This document shows positions 52,228-64,000 of a stretch of 64,000 nt of DNA, in pieces. The stretch lies in contig NGBS01000305.1 of assembly GCA_002245135.1 (NCBI GenBank), positions 62,001 through 126,000 of the forward strand, in the 5' to 3' direction. Under the pieces are notes generated by a model. It saw only the letters and a list, made by a program, of their open reading frames with translations, did not search any database and was not told the DNA's origin. Within the stretch, counting starts at the first letter, position 1. Each line of letters starts with the position of its first letter. A program made the position numbers and the translations under genes. The stretch comes from Proteromonas lacertae. Taxonomy: Eukaryota.

Positions 52228-55200
52228 ATGCCTGAAGAAGAATTACCAAAAAGAGTATTTTCTATATCAATAATATTTTGTTTATAGATTGGTAATTACG
52301 AAATCCTTGATGCGATTGATAGTGGTTCATTTGGTCGTACTTTACATGCTAAGAGAAGAAATGGTGATGAATTTGCAATAAAAGTATTTGATCTACCATT
52401 TAATTCAGATGCTGCCAATACAATAATAACTCAAGTATATAGTGATTTTCTTTATGATATGATCATTAGTTAAAAGCAGCTTGCAAATTAAAGCACAATA
52501 GTCTAGTCGAATATGTAAATCATATGAAATTTGAAGATAAATACTGCATAGTTATGAAATATTACCCTGTATCGTTAAGAAGTATGATTGATAAAAAAGA
52601 ATACATTGAAGAAGAGACAATAAAGAAATGGATGATAGAATTAGCTGATGGTTTAAACTATTTACATAAAAATCACATTGTTCATCCCGCTCTATCAACT
52701 CAAAATCTATATGTTCTTCATAATGATATATTTATCTGTGATTATGCACCAACAAGAGAATTTTTCGACTTGAAGAAACAAAATTCGAGTGATAGTAGTG
52801 GAAGTGGAAAGAAGAAGAAGAAGAAGCAAATTAATTATTATTTACCACCTGAAAAGTACAAAGAAGGTGAAGAAATCACTCATAAATCCAATCTATGGAG
52901 TTTAGGTTGTATATTATACGAAATTTTGTGTGGATCTCCCCCATTTACAGAAGAAAATGACGCAGCTCAAGCCAAATCAGTTATTAACAAACCTACACCA
53001 GAAGATGCTTTATTGGGATGTGGAAATGATGTGTTTGCTGAAATTATACAAATGTTGTTAAGAAAAGATCCAAAGCAGAGATATATATTGAAAACTATAA
53101 TGAATCATCCATATTTAAATAATAGTATAATTATATTGTATCATATATATTATTGTAGAGCAAATCCTTCAATTGGGTAATCATCGAGTTGATTTGGTAT
53201 TTAAACAAGCAATTCCTGTAAATAAAGTAAAAATATTAGATTTCAATGGTATACATATGAATAATGAGATATTTGAGAATTTAATGGCAGTTATAACACT
53301 ATTTAGTGATGTAAAAGAGTTGAAGTTAAATGATACAGGAATATGTAAAAAGAACTTTGAATATGTAGTGGATTTGTGTTACAGAGGTTTACCAAATTTG
53401 AAAACATTATTTATACAATGTATATATAATAATAATAATAATTATTATTATTTATGTAAATAAAATAGATAATAATATATCAAAACAGTTACTTCCATCT
53501 TTATTAAATGCAATATCAGTTGGTTGTCCTTCTTGTAGTTATGTATATTTGAATAGTGATACAGAATCAGTTGAAAGGAATAGTATATATCAATATACAT
53601 CAGTTAAGAGTGGATGTAGTTATTTAAATTGTTCAAGTATTTATTATTATTATTATGTAATAGATGCAAAATTGGGTGACGATGGAATGATTATATTTAA
53701 AAATGCACTTTCACATTCATTAAGATCGTTACGAGTCTTAGTATTAAGAAGTATATAATTATAATTATAAAAATCATTTTTATTTATTTATTTGTATAGA
53801 TAATTGTATAAATGCTTCAGGAATGGAAGCTATCAAAGAAGGTTTATTAGAAGGATGTAAAGGAATTACCACAATTGATTTAGGAGGAAATACAGCTCAA
53901 GGTAATCACATTGGAACAAGAGGTGCTGAATGTATTAAAGAGTTATTTGAAGGTGGATGTTTATCTATTGAATTCTTAGATTTAGAAGGGAATAATATAG
54001 GTGATGAAGGATTAGCTTTAATAAGTGAAGGTATTCAGAGTGGTGGTACAAGAATTTCATATTTGAATTTAGCTGCTAATCGATTAACTCCTGTTGGTAT
54101 GAAGGCAATTACTCCAGCATTAATTAAAGGATGTATTCAGATTAGAACATTGGTATTAGATAGTATTTATCATTTTTTTAATGTTTTTATTTTTTTTAAA
54201 TAGATAATAATCTAAGTGGTGAAGGAATGGGTTATATTTGTGAAGGCTTGATGAAAGGTGCTTATAATATTGCATTTCTTAGTTTTAAAAGTATTTAATA
54301 TTTTCTACTTTATTGTTATTTAGATTGTAATCTATCACTTGCAGAAATGACTTTGTTGAGTAAAGTATTTAGTCGATGTTCTGATCTTCAAGAAATCAAT
54401 TTAGAGAATAATGGAATTGGAGATGATGGAATAGGCAAAATATATGGTCAATTTGGTCAAAAAGACTTTAATTTATTATCAATTCATTTGAAATACACTT
54501 TATTAACTAGTGATGGATTATTTTCCCTATTTCAAGCTTGTAAAGTGAATAATCATTCATTAGTTGATCTTGATTTATCACGTATATTTATTTATTATTA
54601 TATTTTTATAGATAATTCAATAACAAGTAATAAATTGAACTTTTTAAATGAATCACTTATTTTTGGTGGTTCTTTATTAACAAACTTGGATTTGTCATGT
54701 ATTTTATTTATTAATTATTATTAATTATATAGTTAATGGTATAAGAGGTGAAGGTATGGAATTGATTGTAGATGGATTAATACATTGTAATTCTTTGAAA
54801 ACATGTGATTTATCAAGTACAAATATATTTATTATTATTATTATTATTATATCAATAGATAATCCAATTGGTGATAATGGATTTGAATTCTTATGTAATG
54901 GTTTAATGAAATCTCCAAATCTTCAGAAATTAGTATTAAGTAATTGTAAGGTAGGAAATACTGGTTGGAATAAATTCGAAGGTTTTTGTCAGATTGTAGC
55001 TGGTCATTTATCTGTTATTGATTTGAGTAATAATTGTATTGGAAATTTGGGATTAGAAACAATGGTGAAAGGATTAATAAACTGTAAACAATTGGAAGTT
55101 ATTCATTTAGAAAGTATAAACTTCTCCTTTTTTAACTATTCTATTATATATAGATAACATGGTTCATGCTGATGGAATGAAACATATTGCTTCACTATTC

Positions 55201-57529
55201 CTCATCAAGAATAACATTAAAGAATTATACTTGGAAGATAATTTAATCACAGAAAATGGATTATTTTACTTAAACGAAGCTATATCCAAATGTAAAGATA
55301 ATTCTCCACTGGAAATATTAAATGTAAAAAACAATCTAATTAGTTGTGAAGGTGTATTTTACATTACTCCAGCCATGACAAACAGATGTTTTGATATTAA
55401 AACTTTGAATTTTGACTGTAATATGTTGAATGATCAGGGAATGAGTAATTTTAGAGATATTTTTTACAGTTCATTAACAAGTTTAGAAGTATTATCACTA
55501 CAACGTATATTTATATATTTTAATTGTTTTCTATATAGAGAATAATATCACATCTCAAGGTATTAAAGATCTAAGTGATGGTTTATCAAAGAGTATTTGT
55601 TCATTACGTGAAATTTACCTTGACGAAAATAGAATAGAAGGAGAAGGAGTAAAATATTTAGCAGAAGGATTAGTAAATTGTTTGGCATTACACACCATTA
55701 GTTTATATTGGAATAACATTGGAGATGAAGGTGCAATTGGTATTGAACAGTTATTATCAGCAGAAGATAAAGGATCTATTAAAGTATTGAATTTAGATAG
55801 GAATAATATAACCAGTAATGGATTAGTAAATATAGCAAATGGTATAAAAGTATGTGGAAGAGAATTAGAAATATTGAATTTAAGTAGAAACAGTATTGAT
55901 GATAATGGTGCTGTAAGTATCAGTACAATTTTAGACACTTGTGGAATGAATTTAATGGAATTGAATCTTGAAGGAAATACAATAACAAGTGATGGATGTA
56001 AAGTAATACATGATGGTTTAAATAAGTGTAGATATTTGTATTATTTGAATATAAGTTCAAATGCTCTTGAAAATACTGGTATTAAACAATTGAAAGATAG
56101 TTTAAGTGCAGGAAGTTTGACTTATTTCAATATTAATAGTATTTATTTATTAATTCATTATTGTTAATAATATTATTTAGAAAACAGTATTCAAGACAAT
56201 GGCGTAGCATTATTAGCATCATTTTTACCAAAGACAGTTTCACGATTGATATTAAGTAACAATCGGAATAACTCCAACTGGTGTATCTTCGGTCGGTTCA
56301 ATTATTAACTCCAATTTCTATATTACTGAATTGAATCTAAATAGTATATATATATATATTATTATGAATTTATATTATTAATATTGTATAGATAATCGAC
56401 TGGGAAGTGATGGTGTTGCTAATTTGAGTGATAGTTTAAGTCAACATGGACAATTCATTAATTATTTATCATTAGAAAATAATGTAATCAATGATAAATG
56501 TTGTGCCAAATTCACTCAAGCATTGATGGATGGAACAAAGAATTTGAAATATATTTATTTAGCAAGTATTTATCACTATTATATTAATGTAATTATTTAT
56601 AAATAGATAATCAAATAACAGACACATTTATTGAGAAATTTGTAAAGTGTTTTAGTTTTTGTAAATCAATAGAATTAATGGATTTATCAGGTAATAGAAT
56701 TGGAGATAAATCAATGAAACAATTCGCTAAAGTAGTAAAAGAAGAAGGTTATCCAAAATTGAAACATTTATTGTTAGATAGTATGATATATATGTCTTTA
56801 TTGTTTATTATGTTTATAGGATGTGGATTAAGTAATGAATGTGGTAAATCATTCAGTGAATGTCTTCATCTTAGTTGGAATGGATTAGTTACATTAAGTC
56901 TTGAAGGTAATGAAATTGGCGATAAAGGAATTATTGATATGGAAAGTGGTTTTGTTGAGAGTTGTAATACTTTAGAGTCATTAAATATGTCAAGTATAAT
57001 TTTTATGTTTAAATTATTATTATTATTATTATAGAGAATGGAATAACAAGTATCAGTTGTATTTCTTTAGCTAATATTATCAAGAGTAATAATTGTATTG
57101 TAAATTTGAATTTATCTGAAAATATAATTGGAAATGAAGGTTTTAAGAGATTATGTGAAGGTTTGAATAATTGTTCATATTTGAAATTATTGAATTTAGA
57201 TAGTATATAATAATATATTGTTCATATTATTATTTTTATAGATACTTCTTTAGGTGCAAAAGCTATGGAAGATTTATCAACAATATTGATGTTATGTTGT
57301 CCAGGTATTAAGACAATATTTTTAAGATGTAATAACTTATCAACAGAAGGTATTGAATATATTAGAAATGGAATATTAGAAGGAAATAGTAATAGTCTTA
57401 CTACCATTGGATTAGAGAGTATATTATATGTATATTATTATATTCTTTTTAGATTGTGATATTGGCTCAAAAGGTCATGAAGTATTGATGGAGTTATGTA
57501 AAAGTTGTCCAGAGTTAAAAGTTGTTTAA
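52228..57529 (+). CDS. Protein (pseudo)kinase fused to a long RNI-like LRR array, many exons
   Basis: DSGSFG, FAIK, HPALSTQN, DYA, PPE and WSLGCILYE, followed by many LRRs with ~30-nt introns. Confidence 0.85.
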
Positions 57530-57577
57530 ATCAATTGTAATTGAATAAAAATGTCTATATTAATATATTTCTTTATA

Positions 57578-60500
57578 CTATTTTATATTAGAAAAATCAT
57601 TTGATAGTTCTATCTTTTCATCTTCTGATATTCCATCCAATTTGATTATTTCAATTGTTAAGAATGTTTCTAAAAATGATTTCAATTCTGATTTGTCTAT
57701 ATTTTCTTTCACTGTTATTGATAATTCTTGTAGACTATAAAACACTTCTTTGCTTTCTTTCATTAATCTTAATTCACTTTCATTTAATTCATTTCCTAGT
57801 AAATCAATCTTTTTTAATGGTTGATGATTTTTTAATCCTTCTATTAACATCTTTAATCCTCTTTCACTCATTCCAATATCTATTCAAATAAAATGATTAT
57901 AAGTGTAAAATACTTGAAAGATCTATTGATAAAGGATAATAATCAACAAATTTATCTAAGTCTTTACATATTATCTCTATTCCCTCATCTCCTATTGGAT
58001 TGTTATGTAATGATATATATTTCACATCGTCTAGTAAATATTCCATTAATTCTTTAAATCCTTTACAAGTGATTTTATTATTGGATAGATCAGGTTTTCT
58101 ATAATCAATCTGTTTAACATATGAAATGTGAGAATCAATTAAATTCAAATCTATCACAATGTAAATTAGTATTAAATACTAGAAAAATCATATTTTTTAT
58201 CATCAAAATAATAACTTCTTTTCTTTTTAATACAATAATTCAAATAATATTCCAATTCTTTATTTGTCCATGATGAATTCTTCATTTCGATAAATGAATA
58301 TTCTTCTTTTTCTAATGATTTTGAACAAATTGATTTTAATCCATTCAATCTAATATTATTTCCATTTAACACTATTCTGTAACATCCTTCAATTATATTT
58401 GTTAATAATATTACACTTTCATCATCTATTGAGATATTGCTCAAATTCATTACATTATTATATATTAGAATACTTAAATTGTTCAACAACAATCTAAATC
58501 CATTATTACCAATTGGATTGTCTATCATATAAAAATATAAATAAAATATACTATGGATGAATAACTCTTCTGTTCTATCATATTCATTAAGATAATTCAT
58601 CAGGTATTTTATTCCAATTGAATCAATATTATTATTGCTTACATCTACTACTATCATATATGGATTATCTGTATATTCATTGAAATAATAAAAGTCTTCT
58701 TTTATCCAACCACTTAAACTATCAACTAAATACTTTAATCCAGTCGAAGACAATCCCATTTCTATTTACTGATAAAGAGAAATAATCATACTTGAACAAT
58801 TCATTAGATTAGGATAATATTTCTCATCATGATATAATAACAGTTTCAAATGTGGAGATAATATTTGCATTCCTTCATCTCCTATTTCATTTCCATATAA
58901 ATGAAGTATTTCAAGATTTGATAATGATGATAAATTATCAATTAATAGTTTTAAACTTTTATAAGTAAGTTTATTATCTATGAAATATAAAACATGAAGA
59001 TATACTACTCAAATCTAATTCTTCTATTTTTCCAAATATGTTTAACCTTGATGAAACGAATGATTTGAGAATATAATCGTCTATCTCTAAATCACTCAAA
59101 TATAATTCACAACAGATATTTTCCAACAATACTGGTATGGTTTTATCAATCATTAATTCTTTGTTTCCACTTATCTCCAATTCTATTCTAGAAATAGGAA
59201 ACTTGGAGAATAAGGTTTTTAATCCATTGGAATGAATATTGTTATTACACCCAATAGATATTTTCTTAATATTTGGATATTTGTATAACTCTTTTGATAA
59301 TAATATCATAGATTCATCATTTAAGCTCATTTCACAAAGATCCAATACATTCTTATCATTGATTAACAAATGTAAATATGGAAGTAATAATTTGAATGCT
59401 TTTGGACCAATTGGATTATCTATTTTCAAATAACATTAAAATAATACAATGAAGATGTATATATTTCAATTTCATTAATGGAATTGATTGAATAAATGAT
59501 TCAACAAAAGTAGAAATAAGGTGACAAAATGATAAATCTAGTTCTTGCATATTAGATAATTGACTAAAACATGATGCAAATTGTGGCTGCAATCTGATTG
59601 GTACATTAAATCTATCAATATCTAATTTATTAAAAAGGATTATAATTATACCAAATCTGAGTTTTGTTAGATTAATTAATTTTAATATTCTGAAGAAATA
59701 ATTCATTCCTTCTTCACACATACAAATACATTCAGAAATAATTTCTAATATTTCTTTATCAAAACCTGTTTTTATTGTAAATATTATCTCATCTAAATAA
59801 CACTCTTTTCCTATTTTACATAAGTGATGTATTTGAAATTTCAGTTTATCTTTTATTAGTTTATCTTTATTGTGTAATTTCATCATCAATAATATTGATA
59901 ACATTCTTTCATTTGGTTTATTATTGTATGAATGTATCAAAATATCTCTAATTTCTTTACATTTATCACTATGAAGGTAATACTTCATTGGATAGACTAT
60001 TGGCAATATAACAATTAAACAATCATTATTGAATAAAAGTTCCTTTCTTTCATCGCATATCTTTAAATTATCTTCATTATCTTTCACTATTTCACTCATT
60101 TTTACCATTTCTTTTCTCAACTCTTTCATATTCAATCTATCTTCACTCTTCACTTTCAACATTCTTTTTATCATCTCTTTCATCAATTCATCACATTCTA
60201 CATCTAAACTGTATTTACATTTCATGATATTGCTCATAGTTTTAATCATATTATCATCTTCATTAAATGGTAATTTCTTGTTTATTATCTCATATAATAT
60301 ACAACCAATTGACCAAAATCACACTTTTCTCATTGCATTCATATCCATTCAATTCTTCAGGGCTTTTGAAGCAGATATCATATATTCTCATTTCATCTTC
60401 TTTTCTCAATTCACTTAAGAATAAATCACATAGTTTTATATCACCACTTTCTTCATATATGATGTTTGAACTCTTCAAATTGTTTATCACTAATCATATT

Positions 60501-60918
60501 CACTCAATATCATCAGTACATCACATATTCCACGCAATATTCCGCAAATAGCATCATTTGACAAGGATTTACTCTTAATAACTTCCTCTAAATCTGAAAC
60601 ATAATATTCTCTTTCCAATATTATATATTCACAATAATCATCCAACTGAAATGCTTTAGAAAGATAGACAAGCGGTATAGCACAATTTATCAACAACGAG
60701 TTATTCTCATGGAATTTTAATATTTTCTTTTCTTTTACACCATTTATGTTAATGATTTTTATGATTGTTACATTACTTTTATGTTGTACAACTAAATCTA
60801 TTTCACTTTTATTCTTTTCTAGTCTTTCTTTTATCTAGATAAATTAAACAGCTAAAAATACTTTATCAACAGAAGGTATTATTAAACATATAACATCATC
60901 TATAACGCAATTCAGCAT
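57578..60918 (-). pseudogene. Degenerate kinase-LRR gene with frameshifts
   Basis: NLKSSNII..IKLCD..KSPEE; frameshifts near 60490 and 60315; LRR exons downstream. Confidence 0.6.
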
Positions 60919-60999
60919 TTTTATTTTAATATGAAAATATATTCGTTTCAGAATTTCTTTTATTTCTTGAATCTGATGATTTAGTTGATGACACTATCA

Positions 61000-61370
61000 T
61001 ATTATGAGTGAATATCTTTCAAAATAACAACTTACAAAATTCCTATATATTTATATATTATGTAATAATTATCTACATTCTATTTCTTCTTAAACAAACC
61101 TTTAAGAAAGATTTCTTTTCTGATGGTCCAACTTGTAATACAGGTGGTGGAGGTGGTATATTTGGTGGTAAACTAGATGGTGGATTATTATTATCAGAAT
61201 GAAGAGAATTATTATTAGTAGGAGGTAGAGGAGGAAATGCATCTTCATTTATTTCATTGTTTTTATTATCAATTTTCTCTTTTTCACTTACACTATCTTT
61301 TGATTTAATTGCTGCTTCAGATTTCAATGTATGTCTTCCTCTTGTAGAAGATGTGATTTTTGGTGTTGGA

Positions 61371-61403
<33 letters not shown>

Positions 61404-63893
61404 TCTTTAGAGAAAAGAGATTTAAACTTGTTAAAAGTCATCTTTGAATTTAGATCTTTTACATGTCTTCTACTAACTTCTTTTGTTGTTTTACCAATAT
61501 TAGAAGGAGATAGAATCATATGACTATGTGAATCGCCAATCATTAAATCATTTGCAAATGCTAATCAAAATATAAATATAATAAAAATGATTAATATATA
61601 TATATATATATTATATACTTCCTGAAACTTGCCTTGGTCTTCTTATAGAAACAAATTCATTTTCAACAAACTTGCTTGAAGTAATACATTGGAATAACTT
61701 GTAATTAAATCTTGGAAATACACCAGTTGGTCTTGAAATATCTTCTGTTGAATAGATATTCTCAATATCTTTAATCTTTATATCTTCCACTTTAAATTCA
61801 TTCAAATTCCAAAATCTACGAGATAGACTTTGTTGATATCTCTTCTTTACACTTTCATCACAATTAATTTCAATAATATGTTGAATTATAGCTAAATAAG
61901 GATCAGGAGGATCATTCAAATGGTCAGAAATAAAACAAGAAAACATTTGAGTTTCACAAAATACTTTCATAAAACTCTTTGCGCTATGTGACAATGAACT
62001 TAAATATGCTTTTGTATCAAATGGTAAAGCAGAATCATCCACTTCTGGAAGTATAAACTTTCGGTAATTTCCTAATAAATTAGCTATAAAATCAACACAT
62101 GTAAATCTCATTTCTTCTACCCAATTATTACCTTCTATATTTTCACTAAATTTCTTTGAATCTTCTTTAACGATAGAATTCTTTCTTTTTAATATTGGAT
62201 TTTCTTCTAATGGACTATCCATTGATAATTTGGAGAATATTTTCTTTGGTTTTATTCCATATTGAAATCGAATAATCAATGGTCTTGGTAAGGTTTTTAT
62301 ATCTGTCAATATCTCTGAAAGTGGTTTTTCAATAACACTTTTATCTATATATATATAAATAATATAATATTTAAAATACTATTTAATCCAATTACAATAC
62401 TTCCAACTCTTATACAACCACACTTCTCACCTTGACTCATTTGACCTTCATCCACTCTTCTAAATCCTTTCACAACTAATAAGTTCTTTTCTTCAGTATC
62501 TCCTTCATCTAATATTCCCATATCATTGGTTAATTCTGTTCCTAATGGACCTGGACCAAAGGTTACATCATATACTAAATATTTACCATCTTCTGATTCA
62601 TGTACTATTTTTACAGCTGGTTTTGGAACAATTGATTTTAATGAATTAAGTAATTTCTTGGATAATGATGATGGAAAGTCTGGTTGTTTTTTCATTAATT
62701 CTTTTGGGATATTTACTTCATCCATATCTAAATGAACTAAAATAACTCTATCGTCGATTTCTTTGGTATAATCTAATGCTTGTGTTGAAATACCCATCAC
62801 ATATGGAGTTGGAGACTATAAATAAAAATTATAATAAATACATCTAAACATTCAGTTAAATCTAATGGCAATAATGGAACATACGATAAAACCCATTGAA
62901 ATGGAAATAACAATGATATTAAAGCTTCAGTACACATTGTCAATTTATCAACATGATTACTATAAAATAATATCTTTTGTTGAAGTAATAGAAATCTGAA
63001 TATTTGAACAATATGTTCTGAACTTAAACATCGACATAATATAGTAAACAATCATCATCCATTAGTGGAAATGTAGATGTTGGTGGATAAATAAACTCTA
63101 ATGTACGAGGTCCAAATGGAAACTATTTCATAATAAATAATTAAATAAAAATACTTTTACTAAACATCCTGGTGATATTGGTGGTGTTCCATTGATTAAA
63201 TTGGCTATATTACATTCAATAGGGAAATCTATTGGTTGATTGGATTCTAATACTTTCAATAACTCAGGATCAACTCTTACAGAAGCTATTTAAATATGAA
63301 TATAATTTATTAATACCTCTTCTAAGATTAGAAAAAAACATTGTCACTTCACTACTTCTATCTTCTGTTAATGCTTCATCTGAATTTCCTTCTATACATT
63401 TACGATATACTTCTCTTAAGAAATGAGAAAAGAAGGAGAAAAAGGGGAAATGACTTAATATACAGAATGATTTTGGAACATATAATTGTTTGTCTTTTTC
63501 TTCTTCTTCTATCTTTCCGTATGTTTCATAATATTGAAGTGCAACACCATAACTACGTAACCCTTCTCTATAATAATAAAATTATTAGTTTATTATCTAT
63601 TATACCCTCCTGTTAGTGAGAATGAAAAGATGTTTGGCGATCTTTGTTCTAATGTCATTGGGGCAATTTGCATTCCAAGTGGAACACAAAACTAAAAATT
63701 ATTTTTGATTTTATACCATAGCTATAGAAACTGGCATTTCAGTATCATCCCAGTCTTTTTCAGGATATCTATCGACTATAACTGGCTCAACATTTTCAGG
63801 TGTTACATCAGGATCTAGCGAATGAACCAAAAAGAAAATACTGTCAGGATTGACTCCAACAACCATGAAATAATCGACCAACCTTCGAGACAT
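61000..63893 (-). CDS. DENN-domain Rab GEF with PDZ-like insertion, multi-exon
   Basis: MSRRLVDYFMVVG; LLLQQKILFYS..LLFPFQW..YVPLLP; FCETQMFSCFI; FGPGPLG PDZ-like segment. 3' end approximate. Confidence 0.85.
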
Positions 63894-64000
63894 GTTTTTA
63901 AAACTATAATTTTATTTAAATGTTTTTCTGTGAATAGAAATCCTAAAAAACAACAAAGTGTATCAAAAATTAATCCGTTAATATCATTCAAAATAGATTA

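Overview
AT-rich eukaryotic DNA with about 30-nt GT-AG introns; the intron size and a He_PIG-like fragment suggest a Blastocystis/Proteromonas-type stramenopile (inference only). Layout: (1) 1-~9.6 kb, a decayed, intronless, virus-like gene block containing an Arg-rich GYG-motif core-like protein; (2) 7.6-13.4 kb, a nest of hAT elements (8-bp TSDs) and TGT...ACA MITEs (5-bp TSDs); (3) 14.2-18.6 kb, a Crinkler/RHS-type double NTPase-REase gene bracketed by 146/123-bp direct repeats; (4) 19-35.4 kb, housekeeping genes (HAD, RAB5IF, Sin3, SDHAF3, calpain, RNFT, RPL29, ABHD11, UBE2K, CG-1-like, LRR); (5) 37.0-47.8 kb, a 10.8-kb Ginger/TDD-like rve-integrase transposon with 103-bp TIRs; (6) Tudor-like, kinase-LRR and DENN genes. 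The standout is inside the integrase element: 22 apparently identical 256-bp tandem units start at the 3' end of the integrase gene. Each unit forms two long hairpins, and one stem is made of two inverted copies of the element's own TIR motif, giving 44 internal copies of the putative integrase-binding site.
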